From positions 1 to 61,692 of the forward strand of contig JYFJ02002175.1 of assembly GCA_000934665.2 (NCBI GenBank): a DNA stretch of 61,692 nt, written 5' to 3'. The stretch comes from Catajapyx aquilonaris (Eukaryota). The position numbers and the translations under genes are program-made. Positions within the stretch are counted from its first letter, which is position 1; each line of letters opens with the position of its first letter. Shown piece by piece: positions 60,161 through 61,692 of this stretch. The notes beneath the pieces are model-generated. The model worked only from the letters and a program-made list of their open reading frames with translations. It was not told the DNA's origin and searched no databases.

Positions 60161-60635
60161 ATGAACAGGCACCTGGACCATAGGTCTAGAAAGGCTGATC
60201 GTTCTGGAAGCATTGGGGGCGGTTGGGTGGGAATTGGGAGTGTAGGGGGAGGAGGAGGAATAATCGGTCAAAGGAAGGCAGGTGACGGGGAGGAGGCTGA
60301 GGAGGATGGCAGGAAGGAGAACACTTCAGGAGGCAGGGAGCCTTTCTCCGCCATTGTAGCCATGCCTCCGACTGGTGTGGTGGTGGAAGGGGAGGGGGTG
60401 GGAGGGAATGGTGGGGAGGGTGGGAAGAGGGAGGCTGTGATGGCTCCACGCAAGCTGCCTAAGAAGCGGAAATTTGACCCAGCGGAACTGGAAGGGATGG
60501 ACAACAATGTCTTGCCAGTAACACTGCCTGCAGCCCCACCACAGCAGCACCACCAGCACCAGTCCAGGCCGGTCATCACCACTGCACCGGCTAGTACCAA
60601 CACAGGGGCACCTGCAGTGCATCAAGTTCACAATG
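60161..60635 (+). CDS. cic: Probable capicua (HMG-box repressor) long isoform, first coding exon; gene continues beyond the window
   Basis: Acceptor tctttcag|60073, donor g|gtaaaa at 60636; Gly-rich N-terminus followed by RKLPKKRKFDPAELEGMD, recalled as the KKLPKKRKFDPSELE motif of insect Cic-L N-termini; no HMG box in the window. Confidence 0.7.
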
Positions 60636-61692
60636 GTAAAAACCCAATGTTTTTATATCAAGGGTTTTTTTGTTACAGGTTACTGGTGTGTCCAAAGCTG
60701 ACTGGGTTTTTATTTGACATTTGAGGTGCTTGTATTGTTGGATTAGAACAGGGTGGTGTAGTTGACCAATTCAATCTGGCATCAGGACGATGGCTTCTGC
60801 CGATGTGCGAGTGTGTGTTTGTACATCACCTCACTGTGCCTATGCACTATCATAAAAGTAGGATGCAATTGTGTACATGGAAACCAGAGGTGTCGGGAAT
60901 AACATGTTTTGTATTTTCTAGCTGAAGTTGCCTGTGTAAAAAAATGTTGCGCCAATTAATTGCAATACATTTTACTGCCTTTTGAATTTCTTTTGGATGC
61001 GCAATATAAGATTGCTCAAAAAGATTGACAGTATTGACGGGTTCATCAGTGCAAAATTGAGTCAATCATTTTGAGTGGTATAGTACACACGGGACCAGAG
61101 GGTTAAAGTATCTGATGAAATATAGAATCAGTAGAACATCTACTAACCTACTGGCTAGCTAAGGTTTCTAGTGCATAGGTGCCTGACAGTGCCAAGTAGA
61201 AAAGAGAGAGAGAGGGATTTGTCAATCATGGATCCTGAGATCAGACACTGGGGTGAGTGTATTGCATATCCTCCTGAGACCTGGTGTCGACATATGTCGA
61301 CATCAGCAAAAGATTTTTTTGGCGCCAACCAGTGATGCCAACAGAACTGTAATAGGCTGGTATCCCATGGTTACAATCTGGCCTCAATAGCTGTAGCCAC
61401 CTAGCGTCGAATATCTGGCTTGGGCCGCGAAAATTAAATCGCGGACAAAATGGCGGATTCTGCTGCTGAAGCTTAGGCGCTCATCTGATAAGTTTTATTT
61501 TTTTACTCATATTTAGAATGCGATTTTCGCAATGCAGTGAATGTCCTGGGATTCGCAAGGAATGTGTCTTAGGAACTGCGAAAAGATGATTCTGGGACAA
61601 TCTTTGTTGCTGTAGAGAACTGGTCATTTTCTTTTCTTCCTGAGACAAAATGTCCATTTAAATGGACATCCGAAAAATGGCATTTTTAGCTG

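Noticed and set aside
61420..61480. aaaATGGCGG start or YY1-like motif as a new gene start
   Set aside because: Frame closes after 8 codons, and the same motif occurs within TEs elsewhere in the window

Overview
Eukaryotic, most likely insect, genomic DNA: spliced genes set in a dense field of transposon debris. Five host genes are supported. Two are tandem minus-strand 5-exon genes (2613-3736, 5993-6686) for small secreted Cys-rich proteins with an odorant-binding-protein (PBP/GOBP)-like signature plus extra cysteines; the ORF track shows them only as fragments. The third is a complete Cks1/Cks30A-type CDK regulatory subunit gene (8254-22672, +) with a 14.1-kb TE-filled second intron. The fourth is a minus-strand CFAP68/C11orf1-like gene (exons 29128-29397 and from 28113). 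The fifth is the first coding exon of a probable capicua long isoform (60161-60635, +), preceded by three tiny uORFs and a CpG-rich, TE-poor regulatory block at about 42.5-49.7 kb. The rest is dominated by palindromic MITEs (Tc1/mariner, pogo/Tigger, PIF/Harbinger, hAT, piggyBac, Kolobok-like, CACTA/Transib-like), tRNA-derived SINEs with clear TSDs, and decayed transposases. No prokaryote-type system (CRISPR, operon) is present, and I found no clearly new multi-gene system. The most novel-looking items are the atypical OBP-like pair, a MITE resembling mammalian MER2, and recurrent foldback elements built from duplicated transposase 3' ends. All family assignments come from recalled motifs; no database search was run.
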